Notes: generated by a model not told the origin, from the letters alone. 32,000 nt of DNA from Mycobacterium leprae TN (GCF_000195855.1 NC_002677.1:1350001-1382000); one strand, 5' to 3'; numbered from the stretch's first letter, positions 21,818 to 30,587 are shown. Numbers and translations are program-made.

Positions 21818-22444
21818 GTGGCGCTTGTGACCAAGCTATTGGTCGCTAGCCGTAACTGGAAGAAGCTGGCAGAATTGCGCCGTGTGCTCGACAATGCCGG
21901 GTTGTCGGGGTTGACGCTGGTATCGCTGAACGACGTGGTGCCGTTCGATGAGGCCCCGGAAGCCGGCGCCACTTTCGAGGACAACGCGTTGGCCAAGGCA
22001 CGCGATGCGTTTGCAGCCACGGGTTTGGCGAGTGTGGCCGACGACTCGGGTTTGGAGGCGGCTGCGCTGGGTGGCATGCCAGGGGTGCTGTCAGCGCGTT
22101 GGTCGGGTAGTTACGGCGACGACGCCGGCAACACCGCGCTATTGCTGGCTCAATTGTGTGATGTGCCTGACGAGCGGCGCAGCGCGGCATTCGTGTCGGC
22201 CTGTGCGCTGGTCTCGGAGTCCGACGAAGTCGTCGTCCGAGGGGTGTGGCCGGGCACGATTGCCAGGGAGCCGCGCGGTTACGGTGGGTTTGGCTATGAT
22301 TCGATCTTCATTCCTGACGGTCCTGGCCTGGGAGGCCGCACAGTGGCTCAATTAAGGCCGGCGGAAAAGGATGCGTTCTCGCATCGCTTCCGTGCGTTAA
22401 CGTTGCTGATGCCTGCGCTGCGTGTTCTTGCCATGCGAACGTGA
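21818..22444 (+). CDS. rdgB: Non-canonical purine NTP pyrophosphatase (dITP/XTP pyrophosphatase)
   Basis: GTG 21818 gives 'VALVTKLLVASRNWKKLAELRRVL...', with 'ADDSGLEAAALGGMPGVLSARW' and 'GGFGYDSIFIP'. The longer ORF from 21587 overlaps rph and the repeat, so I reject it as the start. Confidence 0.9.
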   Translation: MALVTKLLVASRNWKKLAELRRVLDNAGLSGLTLVSLNDVVPFDEAPEAGATFEDNALAKARDAFAATGLASVADDSGLEAAALGGMPGVLSARWSGSYGDDAGNTALLLAQLCDVPDERRSAAFVSACALVSESDEVVVRGVWPGTIAREPRGYGGFGYDSIFIPDGPGLGGRTVAQLRPAEKDAFSHRFRALTLLMPALRVLAMRT

Positions 22445-22488
22445 AGCTGGCCGCGATGCGAGAACGAGTGTGCGGCCAGGCGCTTCAC
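22441..22488. terminator. Inverted repeat between convergent rdgB and the DUF3817 gene; candidate bidirectional terminator
   Basis: The left arm 'gtgaagctggccgc' (22441..22454) pairs with 'gcggccag[gcg]cttcac' (22472..22488). That gives 8 bp plus 6 bp of stem with a 3-nt bulge and a 17-nt loop. The arms contain both stop codons (TGA 22442..22444; TCA, the complement of TGA, at 22485..22487). There is no U-tract. Confidence 0.35.
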
Positions 22489-22844
22489 GTTCGACTGTGT
22501 CTAAGCCCGAAGCGCGTCTTGACGTCTTTGGTTTGGAAGTGCTCGACGATGATGCCCAGCAGCGGGACGGTGCCGGCCAGCAGCACACCGACCGTTTTGC
22601 CGATCGGCCATCTGACCTTGATGGCGAGGTTGAACGCGGTCAACACGTAGACGAAATACACCCAGCCGTGCACCACTTCGATCCACCGGATTTCGTGGTG
22701 GAAGACGAGGTGCGAGACGATCTCGTAGCACAGTGCGATGAGCCAGATCCCCGTTGTCCACGCCATGATTCGGTAGCCGAGTAGCGCGGTGCGGCTCTTC
22801 TCAAAATCAAAGTCGGGTGCTTGGGGTGTCTCGGGTCTGGTCAT
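22485..22844 (-). CDS. DUF3817-family integral membrane protein (Rv1342c-like)
   Basis: 119-aa intact ORF with hydrophobic helices 'ALLGYRIMAWTTGIWLIALCYEIV' and 'VVHGWVYFVYVLTAFNLAI'. Its ATG overlaps the lprD stop (ATGA on the minus strand, 22841..22844). Confidence 0.85.
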   Translation of the reverse strand: MTRPETPQAPDFDFEKSRTALLGYRIMAWTTGIWLIALCYEIVSHLVFHHEIRWIEVVHGWVYFVYVLTAFNLAIKVRWPIGKTVGVLLAGTVPLLGIIVEHFQTKDVKTRFGLRHSRT

Positions 22845-23221
22845 GTGGTGGTCCTGTTATGGTTTTCGGCGTCTTGCTTTGCCAGCTCGGCCAGGTAGGT
22901 GTTGTACTTCCGGAGGGCGGGGTCATCGGGTGGCTGCTGCTCGGGCTTGGGGCGAGCGGGCAGCAGTTCGGGTGGAATTTCGGCTATGCAGTTCATGTGC
23001 CGTGGCTGTGGGGGTGACTCTTCGTAGCGCACGAAGTTGTGGTATGTGTAAAGGCAGAATCCGGCGAACAGCGGCCACTGTAAAGCGTAGCCCAGATTCT
23101 GGAAAGTTCCCGAGGCTGACTGAAACCTGGTCCACTGCCACCAGCCCAGGGCCAGGCAGCCACAGGCCGCAATGGTCACCAAAGCAACTAGTGCGGGCCT
23201 CCGACGACGTGTAGTGGACAC
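22841..23221 (-). CDS. lprD: Putative lipoprotein LprD (Rv1343c-like)
   Basis: 126 aa. It has a basic N-terminus plus hydrophobic segment with Cys, 'MSTTRRRRPALVALVTIAACGCLALGWWQW', and a Pro-rich tail 'PPELLPARPKPEQQPPDDP'. Confidence 0.8.
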   Translation of the reverse strand: MSTTRRRRPALVALVTIAACGCLALGWWQWTRFQSASGTFQNLGYALQWPLFAGFCLYTYHNFVRYEESPPQPRHMNCIAEIPPELLPARPKPEQQPPDDPALRKYNTYLAELAKQDAENHNRTTT

Positions 23222-24075
23222 CCCTTGACGGTACGCTCACGATTTGGACCCGGTGAATTGATCGCGGCGCGCCACTGCGGTCTTGCGGTAGATGGCGACG
23301 GCATACTTGTCCGGCCGAGTCCACCGTATTCTTAAGGTTATCGAGTGCTGCGCAGAGCAGTCCACTGATATCGTAGGATTGGTTTGATGATGTGGTATTG
23401 CCTGCGTCGGACACCATGATTATTGGCGATAACACGGTACCGGTTGCTATCGATTTAAGTCGCGAATGAGTTCTTCCGTTGCTTGTGTGGCGATTAGTTC
23501 TTGCCAGAGCTCCAAACCGAATCGATCTCAAATAGTTTCTTGCCGGGACTATGCTGAGGCAGCAAACAGGGTCACTAGTTTTAATAGAGTGAAACCTCGA
23601 TGCAATCGTCGGAACGACGTAGCATCTTCGTTCGCTGTCCCGGTGTCAGGAGGTCGATCGCCTGGCAGCAGCGGTCGATGATCCCGGGTATTTTCGTCAA
23701 GAGCGATCCTGAGCCGCTAGACACGGCCGCTCCATGAGGTGCAGTCATAGCTGAAATTAGGTGCCGAGGAGATAACAATACGTCGTTAATTGGGAGGGCG
23801 TTGAAGTATATGGTCAATACCGCATGGTGACGATGCGCTCGGGCGCGTTGGTCGAATTGGTCTGGGATCCCACCAGATCCAAACAGTCTTTCGGAGTATG
23901 TTGGTCCGTCGGGCTATCGCGCAGTCGTTGAAGCCGTTGGCGACGGGTAGCGGAACGGCTTCGAATTATTGTGCCGATCGCATCTGTGTGTTCCTTGCAC
24001 CGACCATAATGAACCCAAGGTGGGAGGGCTGTCTACGGGTTCGTCGGTGAGCGGACCGGTACCATTGGCAGGCTC

Positions 24076-24158
24076 GCGGGCGTGATGGAATGGCAGACAT
24101 GCCGGCTTTAGGTGCCGGTGCTTGAAAGAGCGTGAGGGTTCGACTCCCTCCGCCCGCA
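24076..24158 (+). tRNA. tRNA-Leu (anticodon UAG), type II with long variable arm
   Basis: Hand-folded. The acceptor GCGGGCG pairs with CGCCCGC, with A as discriminator. The D-arm is 'atg gaatggcagac atg'. The anticodon stem is ccggc/gccgg with loop 'tt TAG gt'. The variable arm is 'tgcttgaaagagcgt'. The T-arm is gaggg-ttcgact-ccctc. CCA is not encoded. Confidence 0.9.
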
Positions 24159-24162
24159 CTCT

Positions 24163-24870
24163 TCAGCTGAACAGGCCGCGGTGTTGTTCCACGTAGAGCT
24201 GCACTGTCTGTGCGGGATGGCCGGTGGTGTCTTCAACATCGTAGGTTGAGCGGCGATAGCGGTCTTCGCGGTGCAGTTTGGCCGTGGTGGCGATGTGTTG
24301 TCGCACATGCTGGGGCCGGCTAATTTATAGCTTATCAAGAAGCGCTAGCCGCTCGTTGTCGGACGGCTAAACGGTGCTGATGGGTCGGCCCAGGGCTTGT
24401 GTGTGTTGCTTTGCCAGCTCATCGATGTCCAGCGTCGTCAGCCAGTCAATTCATAGACCACGCCCAGATGATTCGTGGGGTGTGCACCGCGGTGACGATG
24501 TCGCTGGATGCGACGGGCGAGGTGCGGTTGGCTCCGAACGGTAGGGGCAGTTGGTCGCTTTCCCGGACTGAGCGCGCGGCCACTAGGGCGAAGAACGGGT
24601 TCTTGAGCAAGATAGTCGGCCTGATGTGTATGTGTGGGGAATTTTAGCAGCTGACGAGGTGTTAAGCGAAGACGATTCCTCGAATCCGTCCAGAACTTTG
24701 GTCGTGGTGTCCCTGATGAGACCGTAGTCTTCGATGTAAGTCGGCGGTGCGCACAACCGCGTCCTGGGCAAGGATTTGCTGGAACTCCTCGCCAGAGATT
24801 GATTCTGAGGACTTCTGCGGTGGTTATTGGCTAACGCTCCTCGCTGATGTCGGCCCGGCTCGAATCTTCG
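24163..24870 (-). pseudogene. NmrA-like / NAD(P)-binding (atypical SDR) protein pseudogene
   Basis: Minus-strand fragments are in several frames: 'ILLKNPFFALVAARSVRESDQLPLPFGANRTSPVASSDIVTAVHTP', 'TTLDIDELAKQHTQALGRPIS' and the C-terminal 'STYDVEDTTGHPAQTVQLYVEQHRGLFS*'. The stop at 24163..24165 is 5 nt from the tRNA 3' end. The pattern resembles the central and C-terminal region of the NmrA family. The 5' boundary is a guess. Confidence 0.4.
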
Positions 24871-24943
24871 GCTCTACCGAAACCTTACCTGGTATTTGTC
24901 GAGCGCCCTGAAAAGCAATAGTGGTTAGGGATGTGGGATACAG

Positions 24944-25690
24944 GTGGCGTTGCTAAGTGATTGGATCACGGTGGTCACAGGCGGTGCACAAGATCTGGGT
25001 CTGGCCATTGTCGAGTGGCGCGTTGTGGAGGGCGCGGGTGGTGCTCGGTGGGAGGACCTTGAGACAACCTGGAGTTGCGACGAAACAATTGGGTGGTGCA
25101 GATGTTGCCTTAGCGGTGTTGTGCAAGTAGCAAGTAATTCGTGCAGCCGACGTCGACGTCCTATCCTCGTGCGGACGGCCGTCGAATAGTTTCGGTGGAG
25201 GTGGACATCATGGCTAACGCCGTCGGGATCACCCGCGTTACGGTGGTGCGCAAGATGACTGAAGAGCAAGTCGACGCGGTCATTGTTGGTGCATCTGACG
25301 GGGGACTTGAAACGGTGCCAGGATGGTGGCAGCGATCATGCGGGGGTAACAACGTGGCGTAATTGTGACCATCTTGTAGGTGTCTGGCATGGCCGGTCAG
25401 ACCAATTATTCGGCGGTTAAGGCTGGGAATGGTGATGACCAAGGCTGGGGTTAAAGAGCTTGCTTAAGCTAGGTGTTCGGGTGAACGCGATCGCTCCTGG
25501 GATGATCCGCTCGGTCATGACCGAAGCAATGCCGCAATGTATTTGGGCCGCTAAAGTGGCGGAGGTTACAGTGAGGTGAGCTGGGGAGCCTAGCAAAGTG
25601 GCCAATGCCGCTCTAGTGTTTTTATTTTCGATCTGTCATTGCATATGCCCGGAACTGTTATGGGAAGTCACTGGCGTTCTACACATCTGA
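24944..25690 (+). pseudogene. 3-oxoacyl-ACP reductase-type short-chain dehydrogenase pseudogene (fabG2/Rv1350-like)
   Basis: It has the Rossmann motif 'ITVVTGGAQDLGLAIVEW', 'RKMTEEQVDAVI', the catalytic YxxxK region 'GQTNYSAVKAG', '[22 protein letters not shown]' and the C-terminal 'LLWEVTGVLHI*' (stop 25688..25690). These are spread over at least 3 frames with stops. Confidence 0.7.
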
Positions 25691-25706
25691 AACCAGGAGA
25701 GTGGCT

Positions 25707-25960
25707 ATGCGCCAAGTTGTTATTTATTGAAACCTAGCAAGTATTTGCGGTGATGCGACAGTGGAGTTTCGTTGCCGTCGAACGGGAACGAACTAATATG
25801 CACGGTTAGGAAATCTCACTAGGTCACCCCGTGGGTGTTACCGGTGGCAGGGTGTTAATCACCTTGATGCGCTAACTCGATTGTCGTCAGGAATGTTATG
25901 GGTTGGAGGCTATGTGCAATCGGCAGCGTCGCGATCTTCGAATGGTTTGCGTCAACATGA
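25707..25960 (+). pseudogene. Thiolase pseudogene with a large internal deletion
   Basis: RBS 'aggaga' (25695..25700) precedes ATG 25707, giving 'MRQVVIY*', a thiolase-type N-terminus. C-terminal thiolase motifs follow almost directly: 'NMHG*EISLGHPVGVTGGRVLITL' and 'AIGSVAIFE..*'. Only about 250 bp remains where about 1.2 kb is expected. The stop TGA at 25958..25960 overlaps the next ATG. Confidence 0.6.
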
Positions 25961-27122
25961 ATGGCCCTGGGTTGCCGCTGATCGGTGTCAGCGTTGTTAG
26001 GGTGTCAATTTTTGTCTTCGCACCTTTGTGTGCTGCAATGTTCAGCCAGCTTGGCGCGGTGATCCGTGTGAATCTGATCAGCGATGCCTCCGACGTACAT
26101 CGCTGGCCGATGGCGACAGACGGTACGTCGATTTACTGTCCTGATCAAGAGAAAGCGTTCGGACACGATCGATCTGCTTTCGACCGAAGGGTAACAGCTC
26201 GTCCAGCTGCTGGTCGTCGAGGGGGACGACATCGTCGTCACCAACGTCGTTAGCTTGGCCAGGGTAGGCCATGATTGCTTGGCTGCCAAGCGTTCCGATG
26301 TCGTTGATGTTTCACCTTGCTTGGGTGCGTCTGCGGTGCCACCGGTGTGGATTACACCGTGAACGCGAATGTCGGATTCCCGCTCGTCACCGGCCCGGCC
26401 AATCATGACTGGGCCTATCCAGCCATGTGTTACCGGTCTGGGATGTGTGTTGTGGCATCTACGCTGTGCTGGCCGTCGTGGTCGCTGTCCGCTGCCGTGA
26501 CCAATCTGGGGTAGGTGTACACATCAGTCTGGCACTGGAGGATGTCGCGCTGGCCACTGCTAGACACTTCGGGTTATTGACACTGAGTACGCAACGCCCA
26601 CGTTTCGACAACGCCATCTACGGCCATTACGGTCATGATTGCATATGATTGTATTCAGTCGTGATGGGACAGCGTTCATAATTGCCGGGTTGACCGGGAG
26701 GAGCTTTCGCGACTTGGTTTAGGTAATCGGAATAGGGGTAGCAGTGGCTGCGCTTGCCACGGTGCTCCGTGTTGACTTTGACGACCAAGGCGTCCGGAGT
26801 ATCGGTATCTTGAAGTGTTCTCCGGCTTGCTTGCGACCTAGTCGAGCCAATTACACAGACGAAGATATCACACACCGTGTTGTTGGAACCACTGTTCTGT
26901 TTGAGCGATACCGCACGTTCGCAGAGGTTGCCGATGACGAGCGGGTAATTTGCAATCTGTTGTTCCCCGGTTACACAGCCTGGTGTCGGAGAGTGTTTCG
27001 CCCTCGGGATGTCGGTCGCGTTCGACGGTACTCATCCCGCTAGCACGCTCGCCCCGGATAGATGTCCTCACCAACTGTTTGAGCTTGACCAACGCCGACA
27101 TCACGCGCTTTTTAAGTGCTAG
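25957..27122 (+). pseudogene. Family III CoA-transferase (CaiB/BaiF/Mcr-type) pseudogene
   Basis: The N-terminus is 'MNGPGLPLIGVSVVRVSIFVFAPLCAAMFSQLGAVIRVNLISDASDVHRW' (G-P-L-x-G-x-R-V..., then LGA-x-VI-x-V). Further fragments are 'INRGKRSV'-like 'DQEKAFGHDRS', frame-shifted 'EGDDIVVTNV', and 'DVCCGIYAVLAVVVAVRCRDQSGVGVHISLALEDVALA'. There are many frame changes. The 3' end is approximate. Confidence 0.6.
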
Positions 27123-28319
27123 AACGATCGTTGGCTGGGTTGCGGTAAGGAAATTCGTCGACAAGGACAAGGAAGTCATTCTCAACGCGCCGTAACGAAA
27201 TGCGGTGACGCCTATGCGCAGGACATCATCGATCGGATACGGGATATGGGTCCTGTTCGGATTGATGATTACGCAGACTTACGGCGTCCTGGGGGAGTCG
27301 TTATTGACCTACTCGTTTACGCGTTGGGCGTTGAGGAGCTGGCGCGCGGCAGGATGAGTGTCTCTAAGGTGCTTAAACTCACTTAATTGTGGCTTACCTG
27401 TTGTGCCAGCACGGCACCCGAGGCTCAGAAGCAGCTTTTCCTGCAGCGTGCATCACGGACCGGCGAGTACAGAGGTGCGTTTTCAATGTCAGAGCCGGAG
27501 TCGGGTTCTGATCTTGCCGCGATCCGAATCCGCATGGGGCGTAACCTGGACGGCACCCTACACCATTCAACGGCCAGAAGATGTGGCCGACTAACGGCGC
27601 TAATTTCACGTTGGTTGCCGTATTGGTGTGCACCGACGAAGGCCGCCGAGAAGCTGCACCGCAACCTCGCTGCGTTTCTCGTAGAAAAGCCAAACGTTTT
27701 CGGTGAAGTGGTGTCTGGGCTAACTATCTCCGGCAAGATCGACAAGCTGAGCTTATAAGGGCATCGACACCACGGAACTCATCTTCGATGGCTACCTAGC
27801 AAGCGTTGATGACATCCGTGGCGGCCCCACTCCGGGGCGGGGCTTCTTCCAGATGATGGCCAGTATCGAAGTCAGCCGCGTGAACGTGTCGGCAAGAACT
27901 TGTGGCGTCGGCATTCGTGCCTTCGCGCTCGCGGTGCACGACTTGTAATTAATAGTAGTTTAGTAGCGTCACACCTTCGGTAAGCCAATCGCAGAGCACC
28001 AGACCATCGTGTTACTGCTCACCGAAATGGTGATCAAAGTCAAAGCCATGCATCTGATGCTGGTCAACGTGGTACAGTTGAAAGATTCGGGTTGAGCAAC
28101 GACTTAGCTTCCGGTATGGCTAAATACCTTGCTAACGAATTCTGTTCCGCAGTCTACCTAGCAGAGCGTCCGGATTCACGGCGGTTACTCTTACTTCAAG
28201 GACTACGAGACCGAGTGGTTGATGCGCTCGACGCTCCGTTCTTGCTCATCGGTGAAGGAAGCAGCGAAATCCAGAAGTCCATCATCAGCAAGCGGATTAT
28301 CGGAGTGAATTGTGTGTGA
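27123..28319 (+). pseudogene. Acyl-CoA dehydrogenase pseudogene (fadE-type)
   Basis: Fragments in order are 'DMGPVRIDDYADLRRPGGVVIDLLVYALGVEELARG', 'GAFSMSEPESGSDLAAIR', 'HRNLAAFLVEKP', 'LTISGKIDKLSL*GHRHHGTHLRW' (KLGYKGIDTTELIFDG in a shifted frame), 'GRGFFQMMASIEVSRVNVSARTCGVGIRAF', 'FGKPIAEHQTI' and the C-terminal 'LLIGEGSSEIQKSIISKRI'. There are multiple frameshifts and stops. Confidence 0.75.
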
Positions 28320-28322
28320 CCG

Positions 28323-28887
28323 GTGCCTGTTCTTGACTCAGGTGCGCGACCTCAACTGTCCGAGGACGTTGCGCGCTTTGTCCGCAAGAGGATCTTCGAT
28401 GGTACTTACGTAGCAGGACAGTAGACCAATGGACCACGGATTAGGGGATAAACGTCACACTGGTTGTGAAGCGCTGTTTATTCTAAGTGCGCAAGGTTTG
28501 CTTGCCCAGCAACGGCGCCGCGGCTAACATCACCGACAGCCAACTGCTGGAACTCAAAAATATCCAGGACCAGCTGGAAGATGCTTATGTCGAAACCGGC
28601 GACGAGCGAACGGTTCCTCTCAATTTTCATCGGGGCATCAATGTTGCGATGGACTCGCTAAAATTTGCTCAGCTGATGTCGCAGATTACCCGCTACGCGC
28701 CTGAATTCGGTGTTCCCCATGATCGGGGACTGTCCTGACCAGTCTGAACTGGTACCATCACCCGGTTTTGTCTGCGCTAAAGAAACACGACGGCAAGATC
28801 GCCCGGGCTACAATGTCGGAAACCTTGCCGCCGCTGCTATTCCGTCCATTGACCACCTTGTTGCGCGTGGTGTGCTTGCTGAAGTGA
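28323..28887 (+). pseudogene. GntR/FadR-family (FCD-domain) transcriptional regulator pseudogene
   Basis: GTG 28323 gives 'VPVLDSGARPQLSEDVARFVRKRIFDGTYVAGQ*', a winged-HTH N-terminus with an early stop. An FCD-like region follows: 'SQLLELKNIQDQLEDAYVETGDERTVPLNFHRGINVAMDSLKFAQLMSQI' (ORF 28487..28738). The tail '...ATMSETLPPLL' is in another frame. Confidence 0.55.
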
Positions 28888-29315
28888 GCTGTTCGTCATC
28901 TCGGCAGCGTCGGCGCAATACGGTTGAGTTGAGGTTTTTACGGAATTCGCTAAGAATTGCTACATGCTGGGGGTTTCTATAGCGACGCTGCAGGCCATTT
29001 AGTATCCGTTAGCGGATATAGCAATCACCGTCCAAAGCGGCTGTAATTTGGCCCGGCGCGCAGCTTGGTTCTTGGATAACGAACCCGACGAATAACCAGA
29101 GTTTGGCCGTTGTCGGTGTTCGCGTTCATGGCTGAGGAGGTCGTTAGGGCGGCGACGATGTCGCGGTTAATATCCAAGGCAGCTTGGGAGTTTTGGCGTA
29201 AGCCGCCGCCACGGCCTACCTGACCTAGTGTACGCCGGGGGTAGCCGTTGGCGGGCAGTGATCCAGGTTTCAGCGCCCAGCAGACTGCCGAGATTGTGGC
29301 TGCCCGTGAGAGCGC

Positions 29316-29361
29316 GTTACTTAACCGTACTGGTTTCCGTTACTTAACCGTACTGGTTTCA
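29316..29361. repeat. 23-bp tandem duplication in unassigned decayed DNA
   Basis: 'gttacttaaccgtactggtttcc' (29316..29338) is followed by 'gttacttaaccgtactggtttca' (29339..29361); 22 of 23 positions are identical. Confidence 0.9.
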
Positions 29362-29992
29362 AGGAAGGAGCTTCGCTATGGATTTCTTTCGGATTCAGCT
29401 GTCCGACTAAGACCGCCTTTCACGACGAAGCGTGGAAGTGTATCGTCGCACACATGACCGAAGAAGTCAGGCGTCGAGACCGCTAGACGGAAGACAACTT
29501 TAATTAAAGGTCTGAATCTGACGTTCGGCACTGCGGGGGTATCTTGGCTGCGGGGTGGAAGCCAGCATCGTACGGCGGATTCAGCGGGATGCGGCGGCGT
29601 TAGATATAGTGCGCGGGCACACATGTCGTGGGTGGCCTGGGAACTACCGCTATGGTGGCGCTGTTTGGTGGTGAAGTAGTTCCGTTCGGTTTCGGTTGAG
29701 CTTCATGCCGAGGTGTTACCTGGGGTGTCGGCGGCCAAGTACGGATGTGCCTCTGCTATACTGAGCCCGAAGGCGGTTCGGATGTTGCCATTTGCAAAAC
29801 CTGAGCAGTACGTGATGTTGGTAGCTGGCTGATTAACTGGTCGAAGATGTTGGCTACCATACTGTTGCGCACAACTGCTACTGATGCTCTCATCAGCGTT
29901 CTTGGTCACCAACACCTCATCCGGATGAAATATGACACTAGAGCTTGATCATGTTTCTGGTGCCGCAGCACTACTTGCCGGCCATCAAAATC

Positions 29993-30020
29993 CAGGGCAT
30001 CCGTGCCAGGGCATCCGTGC
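29993..30020. repeat. 14-bp perfect tandem duplication in unassigned decayed DNA
   Basis: 'cagggcatccgtgc' occurs at 29993..30006 and again at 30007..30020. Confidence 0.9.
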
Positions 30021-30299
30021 TATCGACGGTGACCGGACCAACATCGTCTACTACAGCGACATCTGCGCCGACGACAGATATCGCCTCGGCCAGGCGTAAG
30101 TGGGCTGGACGGTGGTATGTGAGCCAACACCAAGCCTGGCGTCCTGCAAGTCGTGGCCGCACCCGACGGCTTGCAGGACACCTCAATCATGAGGCATCAG
30201 GTCAAGTTGGTAGCCGCAGTGGTCGACAACGCCACTTAAGCACCTGTGCCGATTCGCTACTCAACTAGTTTGAGCGAGCGGCTCTTAGGTAGTTTTACG

Positions 30300-30587
30300 T
30301 TAGGACCAAGCGGAACTGACAGAGCGGTCAGTGTCAGCCATGGAGGAGCTGGCGCGTTGCACCTTTTGGCCGTGAGAGTTGGCCTGCTCGTAAATCATCT
30401 GGAAGTTACGACCCAGGTCGGCTATGAACATTTCATGGGCAGTCGAACCTTGTCCGCCCCAAAACTCAGCGGCGTCCCGCACAGTGGCTAGAATGGCCTG
30501 GTGGGTGGTCTCCAACGCAGCCGCTTGAGCGCGGATAGCCGCTCCATGTGCGTCGATCTCCCCAAACTGGTAGTTAATGTTTCCCAT
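30300..30587 (-). CDS. esxL: ESAT-6-like WXG100 protein (EsxL / Mtb9.9-subfamily-like)
   Basis: 'MGNINYQFGEIDAHGAAIRAQAAALETTHQAILATVRDAAEFWGGQGSTAHEMFIADLGRNFQMIYEQANSHGQKVQ...' contains the W-x-G motif. I place the start at ATG 30585..30587, which is preceded by the SD 'ggaggag'. The ORF-track start at 30638 would abut esxK and lacks homology. Confidence 0.93.
   Translation of the reverse strand: MGNINYQFGEIDAHGAAIRAQAAALETTHQAILATVRDAAEFWGGQGSTAHEMFIADLGRNFQMIYEQANSHGQKVQRASSSMADTDRSVSSAWS

Noticed and set aside
23222-24075. A possible phage integrase or transposase next to tRNA-Leu. Minus-strand 'ANGFNDCAIARRTNILRKTVWIWW' near 23900..23990 looks faintly HTH-like.
   Set aside because: I saw no recognisable tyrosine-recombinase or DDE motifs, no inverted terminal repeats and no duplicated tRNA 3' end. 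The gene abutting the tRNA on the other side is NmrA-like, not an integrase. There is not enough to call a mobile element.
29361-29410. A strong SD-like 'aaggaaggag' followed by an ATG (29378) encoding 'MDFFRIQLSD*', reminiscent of the 'MDF...' start of PPE proteins.
   Set aside because: The frame stops after 10 codons, and I could not follow a PPE domain in any frame downstream. Three matching residues are not evidence.
30254-30280. An imperfect hairpin just downstream of the esxL-like stop (arms 'cgctactcaa' and 'ttgagcgagcg', 5 bp + 4 bp with an internal loop) as a possible terminator.
   Set aside because: The stem is short and interrupted, and there is no U-tract. I cannot distinguish it from chance in GC-rich DNA without energy calculations.
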